A stretch of 64,000 nucleotides of DNA, from positions 1,984,001-2,048,000 of the forward strand of contig OZ176059.1 of assembly GCA_964247055.1 (NCBI GenBank), given 5' to 3'. Shown piece by piece: positions 27,101 to 39,454 of this stretch. Within the stretch, counting starts at the first letter, position 1. The number at the start of each line of letters is the position of its first letter. This DNA is from Paragordius varius. Taxonomy: Eukaryota > Animalia > Nematomorpha. A program made the translations under genes and the position numbers. Under the pieces are notes generated by a model that made no database searches, had not been told where the DNA came from, and worked only from the letters and a program-made list of their open reading frames with translations.

Positions 27101-30100
27101 CTGGGAAAACGTTTCGATTGACTGGGAAAACGTTTCGATTGACTGGGAAAACGTTTCGATTGACTGGGAAAACGTTTATTTAGACTGGGAAATGGTATAG
27201 AATGGCGTTAGATAAAAATTCAAGGTATGAAATATTTTTAAATCGAGAAAAAAAATTGTTACAGCGATTTTGTTGGATGTATAAGTATGATTCAATATTT
27301 TTTTGTTATTAAGGATGCTGAGTCACATATATTATAACATCCATGGTTAACAGTATTAATAACTGACTGTTTCTAGGGTAAGTGATAATGTTAATGTAGT
27401 TTTTAATAATATAAACCAGTGATACTCAAACCGCGGCCCGCAGACCGCATGCGGCCCTAAGAGTGCTTTAAAATTTCCTTATGACCATATTGATACTTAT
27501 AGTATTTTTTTAACACATAAACGAATTTTCGATTATTTTAATATTAATTTATTTTATTTAGATTTGGTAGTTTTTATTTTTTACCCAATTCGAAATGCAG
27601 AAAAATTTTCCTAAATTAAAAAAATTTCAAAATTTTGGTTGTTTGTGTTTCTGTATTCTATTTTATTTTTTATTTTGAAATTTTTATTGCATTCTTTTGT
27701 ATTTAAGCAAGCCTTTCACCCAAACATGCATATACATATTCTTTTCATAGCTATCCTGCCTCATTTTTTATAACTCATTCCCATAAAATATTTTTCAAAT
27801 CAACATCATTAAATTTTAACTTGTTTTTTTATAGCGTAATTCAAATTATTCCAATTTTGAAAAAAATTATATAATATTTAATGATAAATTCAAAGGATGA
27901 TATCTAATGCTAAAAAAACGTAAATTATCCGTTGAAAATCGCCCTTTAAAAAAGAATGGGAAGTAAAATTCTTTGTCGTTTAGAATAAAAATGTTGTTAC
28001 CTGCCTTATATGTAAGGACAACATTATAAAAAAATACAATATTTAAAGAATTTTACAATCCATTTTTCTCATAAATTACCAGAAAATCACGAGGAAAAAC
28101 GATAAACATAAAATGATTAAGAAATTATACCAGAAAGAAAAATCTATTATGTCCATAGCTTTCTCCCAGGAAAAAGTTGTATAATTGTCTTCGTATGAAA
28201 TTTGTTATATTTTAGGTAAAATATGAAACCGTTTACTGATTCCCAACTAAAAGAATGTCTAATAGATGGTTGCACTTTTTTATTTGATAAATTCCATAAT
28301 AAAGATCAAATCATGTAAAAAAACTTCAACTTTCTGATTCACCATGTGCTCGACGCATCGAAGATAAGTCTTATATTTTTAACAATACATTATTGGCTCT
28401 GAGAAGCAAATATTTTAATATTGCTATTAATTTTAGCATTGATATTAGTTCAACACCTCAATGTGCGCTCTTCTAGATTTTGCAACGACAACATAATCAA
28501 CGAGGAATATTTAAATTTTTACCTATGAATAATACCACGAAAGGAAGTGATTTTCTCAAAATAATTAGCACTTTTTCCGATAATAATGATATATCTGAAA
28601 AAATTGGTTTCAATTTACACAGATAGCTCTCCCTCTATGATTGGAATAAACAAAGGATTTATTCCTATTGAAAAACAAATATATTTGCAAAATATTTTAT
28701 CCATTCACTGCTTTAATCATCAGGAAAACTTGATTTCGCGTGTAAGAGCTGAATCACTCAATTCAGTAATAAAAACGGTTGTGGATATAGTTAATTACAT
28801 CCGTGGCAGAGAATTCAACCGCCGTAAATTCAAAAAGCTTCTGAAAGATATCCACAGTATGTGATTATATTCTTTTGTACACCGCTGTGAGATGGCTAAG
28901 CCTTAGCACCGTATTAAATGGATTTTTGTTTTAAGACATGAAATTCTATTTTTTCTAAAAGATAACAGAAAGTTTGACGAGGAAATTATTAGTGACATAT
29001 GGTGGATTTTATTAGCCTACCTTTGCGACATTACTTATTTTTTTTAATACGTCGTCAAGGAAGCAAAATAACCCGATTTGCTGATGAAATGTCTTTCAAA
29101 AATTAAAATATAAACTAGATTTTATAAATTAAACAATCCTATATATAACACTTAAAACAATTTATAAAGAAAATCTGGAATTTACCGCGGAGATTAATTT
29201 AATAATAGATCATCCAACATATTTTTTTAATGAGATAGAATTCAGATATCAAAAATTGGAATATATAAAAAATTGCTTAAAGCTCGTTAAAAATCCATGG
29301 CATATGGATATATTCAATTTTAAACAACTTAAGCATTTCGGTTTTGATCAGGCGCATATCATTGAAGAATTCGTAGATTTTAAAAATGACTCATATTTGG
29401 AGGGAATATTCAAGGAGAATCGTAGCTAAGAAAGATATGTAAAATTTGGCAATGTCCCAAATAAATATGAAAATATAAAAAATGTGCTAAAGTTATCCTA
29501 ACTCTTTTTCCCTCAACTTACACGCGGTCATATTAAAAATAAAATATGTCAAGAATACATACAGAAACCGGTTAAACGATGATCATATGGACGACGTATT
29601 AAGATTGGCCTGTCATGAGGCGAAACCAAATTTGTCAAAAAATATTGGTTAAAATAAAAATTGTTATCAAAATATTTTAATTTTTTAACCTAAATGGTAA
29701 ATCAATTTTTAGTTGATTTACATGCAATTCGCAAAGAATTTATTGTGCCGATTTAGAGTATAAATATGTGCATATGTGTTAAATAGCTATGGAATATTTG
29801 CCATTATACGGTTCATGGCCCTCGAAAAAAAAATATATTAAATTTGGCCCGTCAAATTTTTTTGGTGAGTACCACTGATATAAACCAATTGTTCGTAACA
29901 TATAGTATTATATATTCCATAGTAAAATTGATGTATTTCTTCAAATTGTTTTATACATCACGCAAAAAGGGGTCTAATTACATATATGTCATCGACGTAA
30001 TGCACACGTAGGGTAGGAAGGTAATATGTTGTACATTTGTTTCTCTAAGTTTAGATATAAATATCAGCCAATATAGGCGATATACTTATTTTCATTGGTA

Positions 30101-33100
30101 ACCTTTGTTTTAAAGCATTGATATCCCAACCGCGGTTCTAAAAGTATTCGAAGTATAAACATCTCCAAATGCTTTGGATAGCTTTGTAATTTTTTATCGC
30201 CTTGAGACGACAAAAATATTTATTTTTGGTGTGCACCATTACTGTATTGTATAGACAGAGCGGATTAACCTAATTAAATTAAAACTGTTTTGATGAAACC
30301 TATACATCGAACCATAATACCCATTTAAAAAAACGGATTCGATATTCAAAACATAAGAAATATTTGTAAAATTTTTATTTTGGAAATAAAACCAAAACTG
30401 TTTAAACGTATGAATTCGTTTTGATGTGCAAATTAAATGTTAATAAAATTTGATTACAGAAAGGGTTTGTGTTACTCTGGTTTCGGGATCTATTATAAAT
30501 AACAGTATAATACCCTTTAAAAATGGCCCAAATTATATTGTGGTATTGGTGTTTTAACAGGGCTTAATAGTATTCTATATTTATTGCGTGTGAAATTTGG
30601 TGAAGTATTAGTTTAGCATTATATAAGCTGCTTGAGATTGGGGGCTGATTTGCATATAATATAATTTATGTTTTCTGGGATGACAGGGGTAAATAAACAC
30701 ATAATTACATTAATATTCAAATATGTCGACAAAATCTTATAGGATGCCATTATGCAATTCAAAAGGATCCCTCACAAAAAATAACTACTAAGCAAAAAGA
30801 AGTCAAAGTCCTATCCTTAACGCTAAAAGTAACAGAGCGATTTTTTCCACTCAGGATATATGGCCTTACTAAAATCCACAAACAAAACTCCATTACTTCC
30901 CATCGTAAAATAGATTATATAGTCAAAATTACTAAAGTTTTAACTAATCCAGAAATCAAAACAAGCATTTTAATTTAAATTATATTCGAGAGCAGCGAGG
31001 GTCGGTACTGTTTAGGATATTACACAGTAAAATTGAATATTATGGACAAAACGTAAAAATATAAAAACATTTTTTTCTATAAAACAACCCTTTTGAACCC
31101 TTATTGTTTTCTACATAAATTACTTGATTAAATTTAATGATATAATTGAGTGACATATCTAACTCCTATTTTGCAACCCAAAACAATAACTATTATTTGA
31201 ATTATTTGAATTTGAAAAAATATTTATCCTTATATTTTTACATTTGCCCATAAAATAATTCTTACTATATATAACATTAACAAATTACAAACAAAACGTA
31301 AAAATCAAACGAATATTTTCGCTCCCATAAAACTTGATATTTCCTACATAAACTTTTTAACTATAATTTAAGTATAAATAAATTTGTTACCACTTTATCT
31401 TTTATACAATGCAAAAATGGAGTTACTTAATAAAATATAAAAATTATGAACCCCTTACTTAATAATAATTATGAATTTTAGTGCTATAATAAATTTATAG
31501 AGGTGTTTAATTTTAATGTTGAATTAAAATGAAAAGTATGACAAGCCTTATAGACTATAATAATTTACTGTTCAAAAAGCTTAAAAAAAATTTAATATGA
31601 AATTTATTTACAAAAAACTTTACTTAACGTTTACCTCAATTTGGCTTATTTATCCAAAATCTATTTTCATCATTTACTTTTCAATTAAAAATATCAAGGT
31701 TATGTTAACATTTGTGGTGGAATAAAGTTACAGAAATAAAATAAACCTTGGTAAGTTTTTCGAAAATCGCCGAATCTCAAACCATGATCACTAAACATGA
31801 TAAGGAGTGTATCATTCATCAAGCCCTGGGAAAACAGATAATCCAATTCACCCGCTATGAAAGGATCAGCAACCTTAACACCATCTCGACTATCGTGCGT
31901 AAGACTGGCAGTAAATACAAGTGCAAAATAGGGTAATACAACTTTCTCTTCTATCATATTCGTAGTATACCTTTTTATTATTAAATTTTCCATCATCATA
32001 CTCTTGAAATAGTGAAAAAGGGGTAGAGTATCACTCTCGCTAATGATTTCCTCTGGCGTAAGTTTTTGGGCTTGCTTTTTTGAGCGTTTACCCATCCCAA
32101 GCTGGATAGATAAAGGCATGGAATAAAAATCGACAGGAGCCTGGGTAAAGCCTGGTTTATGGTATGAAAATGTGGAGATATCGCTACTATCCTCAACAAA
32201 CATTGTTGTATAATTAGCGGCCGCAAATGCTTTCCAAACAAACGGGTAATGATCAAACGGTTTAGCTGTATTGAGATTGGTGAACTAGTTATGTTAAAAT
32301 AATTTTTTTTTAACGTATATGTATAATTTTACCAATTAAAAGTACACTCATACAAAATTGCAATTGGTTGGACAATTTTTACATAATTTATAGTATTTAC
32401 CATTAATTAATAAGAACGATAAAAATTATTAAACAATGGGTTTAACGATTAAAGCTTTTTTGCAAACTTATTTATGAGTAGACCTTTTTACCTCTTTTTA
32501 TGCGGTGTATTTTTTATACTTATTTTATATGAAAGTCACGTGATTTTTATGATTTTGATTGCTTATTTTTATTTGCTGTTTTATTCGTCTGCTCTGAAAA
32601 CTTTTAATCAGTCGTTACATGTAACGTTTTTGGCAGAATGCTAAGGTATGCTCCTCGTGCGTTATTTACTCTACATGTTTACAAATAAATTTTTTTGTGC
32701 AGATTTATTTACGTAACATAGAACTTTTCTATAATTGTTCAATGAACGTTGTCAAAATATATAACTTATTTTATAAAGTAATTTTTGTGCGGCTTATGCA
32801 TCGCACTAAAATGTTTGACTTTTACTATTTTAAATTACAACGCCAGTACGGTATTTTTTATTCACCCTTGAACAATTCAAATACACCCTCGAATAATTCA
32901 AATTCACCCTAAAATATGTGTTTTTAAATTAAAAATTACCTTAATATTTTTAAAATATGAAATTCTGTTTAAAATTAATGTAATGCAAAAAAAATAATAA
33001 ACTATGTCCTAAAAATATATTTCATATTAATGATGGGTTATGTTAACCCGAAAACACATAATATATTTTTAGGGTGAATTTGAGTTGTTCAAGAGTGAAT

Positions 33101-36100
33101 TTGGATTGTTCGAGGGTGAATTTGAATTGTAAATGGTATATCTTAATTTTACGGTAAATGCCGCCAAACACAAAATAGATTAAAATATGCGGTGAACCTT
33201 TGTTGTATAACTTAATACCATATACCTGTCCTGTAAGCAGGGCCATAAGGTTAGGGAAAGTGTTCAATCCCAATTTATTTTGTCGACCAAATGCTATATT
33301 ATCTGTCCGCCATCTACGTAAAACGCTCTGTGTTTGAATCATGTATTCTTGGAAAAGGGCGTGGGATACCGAATCAATACCCAAGAGCAAAATATTCATT
33401 GGCTTGCTACCATCATCATCAGAAGAGCTTGGTGTAACATTAAGTTTCATGGCGCTATTCAAAGATCTACATATATATTATACAGTAAAAATTGAAAATA
33501 TCCGATTAAGCGTAAAAACATATGACAAACTATTTTTTAAAAGGCACCCATACTTTTTAACCCTATTTTTTTACTGACTATTTATTACAATTCGGAAAAA
33601 ATTTAATCAATTGTACCATTAACATTATAATTCCGTTTATCTGCTAAAACAAACAAAAAATTCTATATTTATTTGTTAAAATCTTGTCCGTAAGTTATAG
33701 TTAATAAAATTTTGTCTTTTAATTGTCTACTGAAAAAGTTATTTCTCGTTGATATTTTGTGTGCATACTTTCAACTTTTACTCTATATATATATATATAT
33801 ATATATTTAATATGGCCAATAATGCTATTTCCTCGTGGTGTTAGTTAATATATTAACTCAAAGGCCAGTTTTGAACATTCCGTATTATTAACTATATATA
33901 TAAAAATTTTACTTAGTTATATAAAAAGTAAAAATTTGCTTCAACTTATAAGACAGGGTATTGAAAGATTATGGTAAATTTTTAAACCTCTGCTGAATTT
34001 ATAATTTATTAAAACCTTATGAAACAATTAAAGGACATTTTAGCAACGAAAATTTGTCCACATTTCTAATTACTCCTGATTGTTTTATCATGCATAACAG
34101 GTAAGATCTTAAAAAGTAAGTAGATATGTAAGTAAAAAGTTAACTTATGCTATGGACCCTATTATTATCAAAAATAAGTAGTCCTGTTGTATGATTTATT
34201 AAAAAAATAATTTAATTTTATTTAAACAAATAATATGACTGTTTAAATTGATTATGTTTTACTTAATATATTAAGGTAAAAATTTATGAAATAACTAATT
34301 AAAATAGAATTTTACAGTAAAATTTAATATTATGCGGACAGAATGTAACATATAAAGACAATAATTTTTCGTAAAGATAACCATGCTTTTTGAATCGTTT
34401 TTAAATATAACTCATTGTTTTAAACTCCAAAGTATAGATAGAAATATATACTGGTAACACAATCAATTATGTATTTTCCGATTGTAACTAAGTAGCTTAT
34501 ATGGGAAACATTAAGGTTTTAAAAAGTACGGTTGTCTTTTAGAAAATATTTGTCTTTATATTTTTACGTTTTGTCCGTATAATTTCAATTTTTACTTTAA
34601 AAGCAATTGCTGGCCAATCATTTAAAACAACTGGACAAGATTTAAGCCCGAGAAAATAATATTTGGTAGTAAAACGGATGAAAAATAAAAAAAGAGTAGC
34701 TTTTACTAAGACCTTGTTAATAGTTGAAATAAACTTAAATCTTTTAAACATATATCTGTAATAAAATACTTACTGGCCATTCATAAATGAGGGGGTCTCA
34801 CGTCTAATTTGTCGTATATTCATGGCTATATTTGGGAGATATTTCGTTTCAGAAGCTACAAGATACCAATTTTTACCTGTAGAATTAGATTTTTCCAAAT
34901 TTATCCATTGATGACTACCCTTAAACTTTTCATCATTTTTTGCATTATTGTCTGTTTTTAATGTTTTATAAACGTAATCAGTGGATATGGTATCCAAATC
35001 TATGAAGCACTCATAACGAATAAATACATCAGATGATTGAATTGGGTCCAATACATTTTCAAGCTTTAATTTAACCATAATAACGTTTGACGTTGTTTCA
35101 TTTGGTTGGTTTGAGCTGTTGTTATCATTAATGTAAAAGACAAAATTCGTAAAATTGTAAAAATTATTCCCGACATTTGATGACCTTTTATTGTCGCTTT
35201 TAAATGAAGCTAGGATACTGTTGGGTAAAACTACTTTATATTTAATAACATCTACACCATGTCGTAATATTTTATCGGGTATATCTTCGCTAGTAAAATT
35301 TTTACTATATATTTGATCTACGCTAAGCTCGGACTCGGTCATACTAGACAATGGTGGTGAGAATCCTCTTAAAAGTTGAAAAATATGGCATAAAACCTCA
35401 ACTTTTCCATTCTCCTCTTCTGTAGAAGAATCAATAGAATCGAATTCAGTTCCAAACAAGGTGGCACTACCATTTTTTTGAAATACATTTTTGTCATGCC
35501 TGAAATAACCAAATAACGTATTATTATCACTAGGGTCAAGGTAGTTGTAAGTTTCATTAAAGTGAATTAATTGAAGTGATGATGGTGAACGTTTAATTTT
35601 AGAAAGATGTTTGTTTTTAGCTGTGGGCCATACAAATTTAGCGGTTTCAAGTAACCAATACAAATTGAAGTTGACATAAAATACCTTATTCATATTTTCA
35701 TCATTGATATCATTTATATTTTCGACAATTTCTATCGTACTCATTGGTTTATACTTATGTTTAATGATATTATTACTAATCGTAATATTAATGGCTTCGT
35801 TCTTTTTTGTAGCAAAATATTTGGTAAGTATTTGAGCAAACTCATTAGAGTTACTTGAAACGGATTGCTTATTATCCATGATATCGATAATAAGATTGCT
35901 CTTAATATTTGTTAGCAATATACTATCATTATTTAATGTTGCTGCGATTTTAGCGGTTGTATCAAACATTATTTCTGCAGTATTTAATAATTTTTCATCC
36001 AACATATCAGTATTGACATATTCAAAACCTTTATCATTTTCAATATTGTTGCTTTTTACCGAGGAATTATTATAGTTAAAATTGGTGGTATATGGGTTTG

Positions 36101-36374
36101 TGGTCGTTATAATCCGATGATTTCGTAACCACACAAAAAATAGGATAGATATGCATGATAAAACACTCAATTTTATAGCTGTGCTTATCAGGATTCTTCG
36201 ACGTATAAATGTAGGCAAATGTTGAAACGATTTAATGTGTATTACTCCAAATCGTGTTCTAAATAGGGGTATCATAGGTTTTTTACATTCATTGCTACCA
36301 TTGAAAAAGTTGCTGGGATTATTTCTTCTAATGGTTTGATCAGTTATGATTGTAGTATGGCTAAGTTTCATCAT
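24134..36374 (-). CDS. DUF229 family protein (alkaline phosphatase/sulfatase-like superfamily), predicted type II membrane protein, about 1124 aa
   Basis: Exons 36374-34774, 33466-33226, 32284-31747, 26599-26411, 25639-25175, 24474-24134 sum to 3375 nt in frame. Motifs: NILLLGIDSVSH, GLNTFPNLMALLTG, PFVWKAF..ANYTTMFVED, LTHD, IMFSDHGLRFG, LVTALDIHATIID, NRTC, RIDKFGSQGYCV...PFCHC. N-terminal hydrophobic anchor ILISTAIKLSVLSCISILFFVWL. Confidence 0.88.
26070..26346. mobile_element. MITE family B copy
   Basis: TACAGTAAAAACTGAAATC...TTTTGTCCCATAATTTCA. Confidence 0.8.
27036..27199. mobile_element. MITE family A2: 19-bp perfect TIR around a 21-bp tandem array
   Basis: TATACCATTTCCCAGTCTA and TAGACTGGGAAATGGTATA enclose six nearly identical ATTGACTGGGAAAACGTTTCG units (the last is truncated). 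Confidence 0.9.
27417..29877 (+). mobile_element. Degenerate hAT transposon (Buster/Charlie, GTF2IRD2/EPM2AIP1-like transposase) inside DUF229 intron 3
   Basis: TIRs CAGTGATACTCAAA... and ...GGTGAGTACCACTG, with a perfect 8-bp TSD ATATAAAC (27409-27416 and 29878-29885). Subterminal GCGGCCC motifs. Frameshifted or stopped remnants read KKRKLSVENRP..KEWEVKFF...VTCLICK, LVSIYTDSSPSMIG, IHCFNHQENL, VVDIVNYIRGR, DDHMDDVLRLAC. Confidence 0.93.
32858..33140. mobile_element. MITE family A copy
   Basis: TTCACCCTTGAACAATTCAA...GAATTGTAAATGGTATA. Confidence 0.85.
34313..34598. mobile_element. MITE family B copy
   Basis: TACAGTAAAATTT...GTTTTGTCCGTATAATTTCAATTTTTACT. Confidence 0.85.
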
Positions 36375-36978
36375 AAATTTTTAGTTTAAAGTAGAATTTT
36401 TACGAAAAAATTTTTTGGTATAGCTATATAATCTTAACAAACAAATTTAGACAAGGGACAACAGAAAGTTAATTGATGTTAGATAAAGTTAAGAGCGTTT
36501 TTTTTTGATATAACTCTGTTATTTTGGTTATTTCTATAAACAGTTTGTGAAATTAATTCGCATTTATATATAATGACCCTTAGGATACGATTAAACGTAA
36601 TTGGTTAGGTTTTCAGTAACAAATTAGCTAAAATTTAGGCTTTTATCGGTATATTTTACATATTATATGGTGTTAGGCCATAATTTCTTTGGTAAATTTT
36701 GATTTAAATTTTCAAATTCATTAAATGTAATTTTCGTGTTTGTAACTTTTTTGAAACAAGATTTTTACCAGATTGTTTTATTCATTTTGGTTATAACTGC
36801 CGCTGACAGTCGAGTTTTAACCGCTTACAAAGAAAAAAGAGTAGGAATAGAACCGTTTATTACACCTTCATTTATCGCAAAAAATTGAATGCCAAAAAAC
36901 TCGTAGACTTATCGAATTTTTCTAATTATGGTTTTCTTAATATAAAATTTGTGTGCGTAATTATAATGATAATAAGAA

Positions 36979-37276
36979 TACAGTAAAAAATTGAATATTA
37001 TACGAACAAAACGTAATAAAGACAAATATTTTTATCTAAAAGACAACCCCATACTTTTCCCCTTTATTTACTATATTAAAATAATTTAATACAATCGTAT
37101 AATAATACATAAATAGCTTGTGTTATCAAGTTACATCTCTTATTTTATAGTTTTTAATTCAAAACTATGATTTATAATCAAATAATTTATGATTTAAAGA
37201 GTTTGATTGTCTTTTAGAAAAAAAAATTGTCTTTTAATTTTCACATTTTATCCGTGTAATTTCAGTCTTTACTGTA
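36979..37276. mobile_element. MITE family B copy
   Basis: TACAGTAAAAAATTGAAT...TTCAGTCTTTACTGTA. Confidence 0.85.
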
Positions 37277-37578
37277 GATAAATTTGGAACATTATCTATC
37301 CATATAAAATATATTCCCATTTTTAATTACAATATTAATTTCTGTAATATCCCCTTTGGACCGGGGTTGTTTACATTTGGTTTCAAGGGTTGATTTAAAA
37401 ACCCCTCAATCCGTATTTGGAATATAAATGTGGACATTAATAAATATTTTATTAGAATTCCAACATATGATTGTAAAATGCAAACACGACATAACCATTT
37501 TTTCTAGTTCCTTTGATTGGTTAAAATATCGATTTTACTAAGATTTTACAATCCTTTTTTATTATGTTATGAGCTGCA

Positions 37579-37819
37579 CAAAGGCGTAGCTATCCTTGAT
37601 GGTCTCCTTTCTCCCTCCATGGGACTCCGTAAAAAAAATTAAATTCAAACCGTGATCATGACCACTCATAAATGGGCAATTTTTTAAGTATTATTTTAAC
37701 TGATGACTTTAAAAACCTATTTTTTTTAAAATAAAATAATTTTTTTTAAATCCAGCCCTTCTTTAATTATGGCGCCTGGTGGATCAGTTTCCCCTTCCTT
37801 CCCTCTAGCTACGCCTTTG
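37579..37819. mobile_element. Small TIR element (GGCGTAGCTA-type MITE)
   Basis: Perfect 14-bp TIR CAAAGGCGTAGCTA / TAGCTACGCCTTTG; no TSD visible. Confidence 0.6.
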
Positions 37820-38252
37820 GGGCCCCACATTAATGTCTAGGAGTATTTTAAAACCCAAGGCAGTCCAATAAGGATTAAATTCCAAAACTGCCCCTTTTTG
37901 TTTTTTATAACCCTGGTGATATCCAAAAAAAACAATTATAAATGGATTAATTTTTAAATTATAATTGCAAAGACTTTGGATATTAAAAAAGTGTGATTTG
38001 AAATAAAATGGAAAACCACATGCTAAACCACAATTTAGGGACCATATTCTTAGAGATTCCACATCAGTGCTAGTATGTTCTTTAAATGATTTAACGAATT
38101 TACATTAAATTGAGCGGACAAAAATAATTGTTAAAATGTAATGTTTTATGAATTTAACTGATTTTGACTGAATTGGTTAGGGACATGGCCCCTGCAATTA
38201 TATTTACGGTTTTAACAGGCTTAAATTTTCTGATTGCCTATATTTACAATAA

Positions 38253-39454
38253 TCTATATATTTATAAAAATGGAAAATGCTGGCTTTGTGATCTGGTACA
38301 GGAAAACCGGTAGACCCAATCAAATCCAAATATCGAAAAAATATAATCATTAATAAATGTCCCGACAATAGCTTCGCCCTTTTTTTGAAATAGGCCCCCA
38401 GTTCGGGCCCACCCCGTATGAAAAACGGGTTTTTTTAAAAACAGAAGTCCATAAAATCGTGTTTTTGAGACAATTTTCCGGAGAACGTGTTGGACCATTC
38501 AATTTCAAATATGATTTTTGTTTACTTATTTTCGATTGCGCCGAACATAGTCGAGTCACTTTTTTGATTTAGGCCCTCTTTTTACCCGCTCCCACCGTAA
38601 AATGCCATTTTTTTCAAAAAACAAAGTCCACAAAAATAATTTTTTAAATCGATTTTTCGCCCTAGGTATGAGACCGTAAAAATTCAATAAAGATTCCACG
38701 CATTCCCTGTTTAAAGGCAAAAATTTTAGTCCACCGTTTATTTGATGATAGCTGCTGGGTAAGGAGCTACCCGCTAAAAACTGATTTTTCATATAACTTT
38801 GTGATCTGTTTCCGGAAAACCGGTGAAGCCATTCAAATCCAAACATCGAAAAAATTTAATCATTAATGTATGCCCCGACAATAGCTTCGCCCTTTTTTGG
38901 AATTAGGTCCCCAGTTTGGGCCCACCCCGTGTGAAAAATGGGTTAAGTCAATTTTTTGGAGGTTGGACCATTCAATTTCAAATATGATTTTTGTTTACTT
39001 ATTTTCGATTGCGCCGAACATAGTCGAGTCACTTTTTTGATTTAGGCCCTCTTTTTACCCGCTCCCCCCGTAAAATGCCATTTTTTTCAAAAAAAACAAA
39101 GTCCACAAAAATATTTTTTTGATTGTATTTTTTTGCCCACGGTATGAGACTGTAAAAATTCGAGAAAGATTTTTCGTATTGCCTGTTAAAAGGCAAAAAT
39201 TTTAGTCAAGCGTTTCTTTGATGACAGATGCTGAGTAAGGAGTATCTATCATATGTATAGCATGTTAAAAGGTATATGGATATTAATACATTATTTATGG
39301 TAATCTATATATTTATAAAAATGGAAAATGCTGGCTTTGTGATCTACAGGAAAAACGGTAGACCCATTCAAATCCAAACTTCGAACCCCCCCCCCCCCCC
39401 CCAGAAGTCCGAAGGACTTCCTCGGGCTGCGTAGCAGCACGAGATTCACGCTAG
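38253..39454 (+). mobile_element. Non-autonomous Helitron-like tandem element
   Basis: Identical 5' ends A|TCTATATATTTATAAAAATGGAAAATGCTGGCTTTGTGATCT at 38253 and 39304, and about 520-535-bp internal tandem units. The 3' end has hairpins GAAGTCC-GAA-GGACTTC (39404-39420) and GCTGC-GTA-GCAGC (39426-39438), then CTAG|T at 39451-39455. Confidence 0.75.

Noticed and set aside
27054-27180. CRISPR-like regularly repeated array
   Set aside because: The units are contiguous with no unique spacers, the array is enclosed by TIRs, the context is eukaryotic and there are no cas genes.
29990-30920. Possible nested gene fragments in DUF229 intron 3
   Set aside because: Open frames are short (under 60 aa), with no recognisable motif and no consistent splice chain.
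8442-35557. Antisense or overlapping ORFs (8442-8624, 16313-16510, 24279-24509, 31748-31936, 31996-32256, 33341-33577, 35369-35557, also 42716-42940)
   Set aside because: They are shadows of real exons on the opposite strand or in another frame.
38262-38846. ORFs within the 38-39 kb repeat, and 59435-59653 and 61789-61974
   Set aside because: They lie within non-autonomous repeat units and have no Rep/helicase or transposase motifs.
39386-39402. Poly-C run (and poly-G at 5589-5603) as G-quadruplex elements
   Set aside because: These are single homopolymer runs of uncertain length, prone to sequencing error, with no supporting context.
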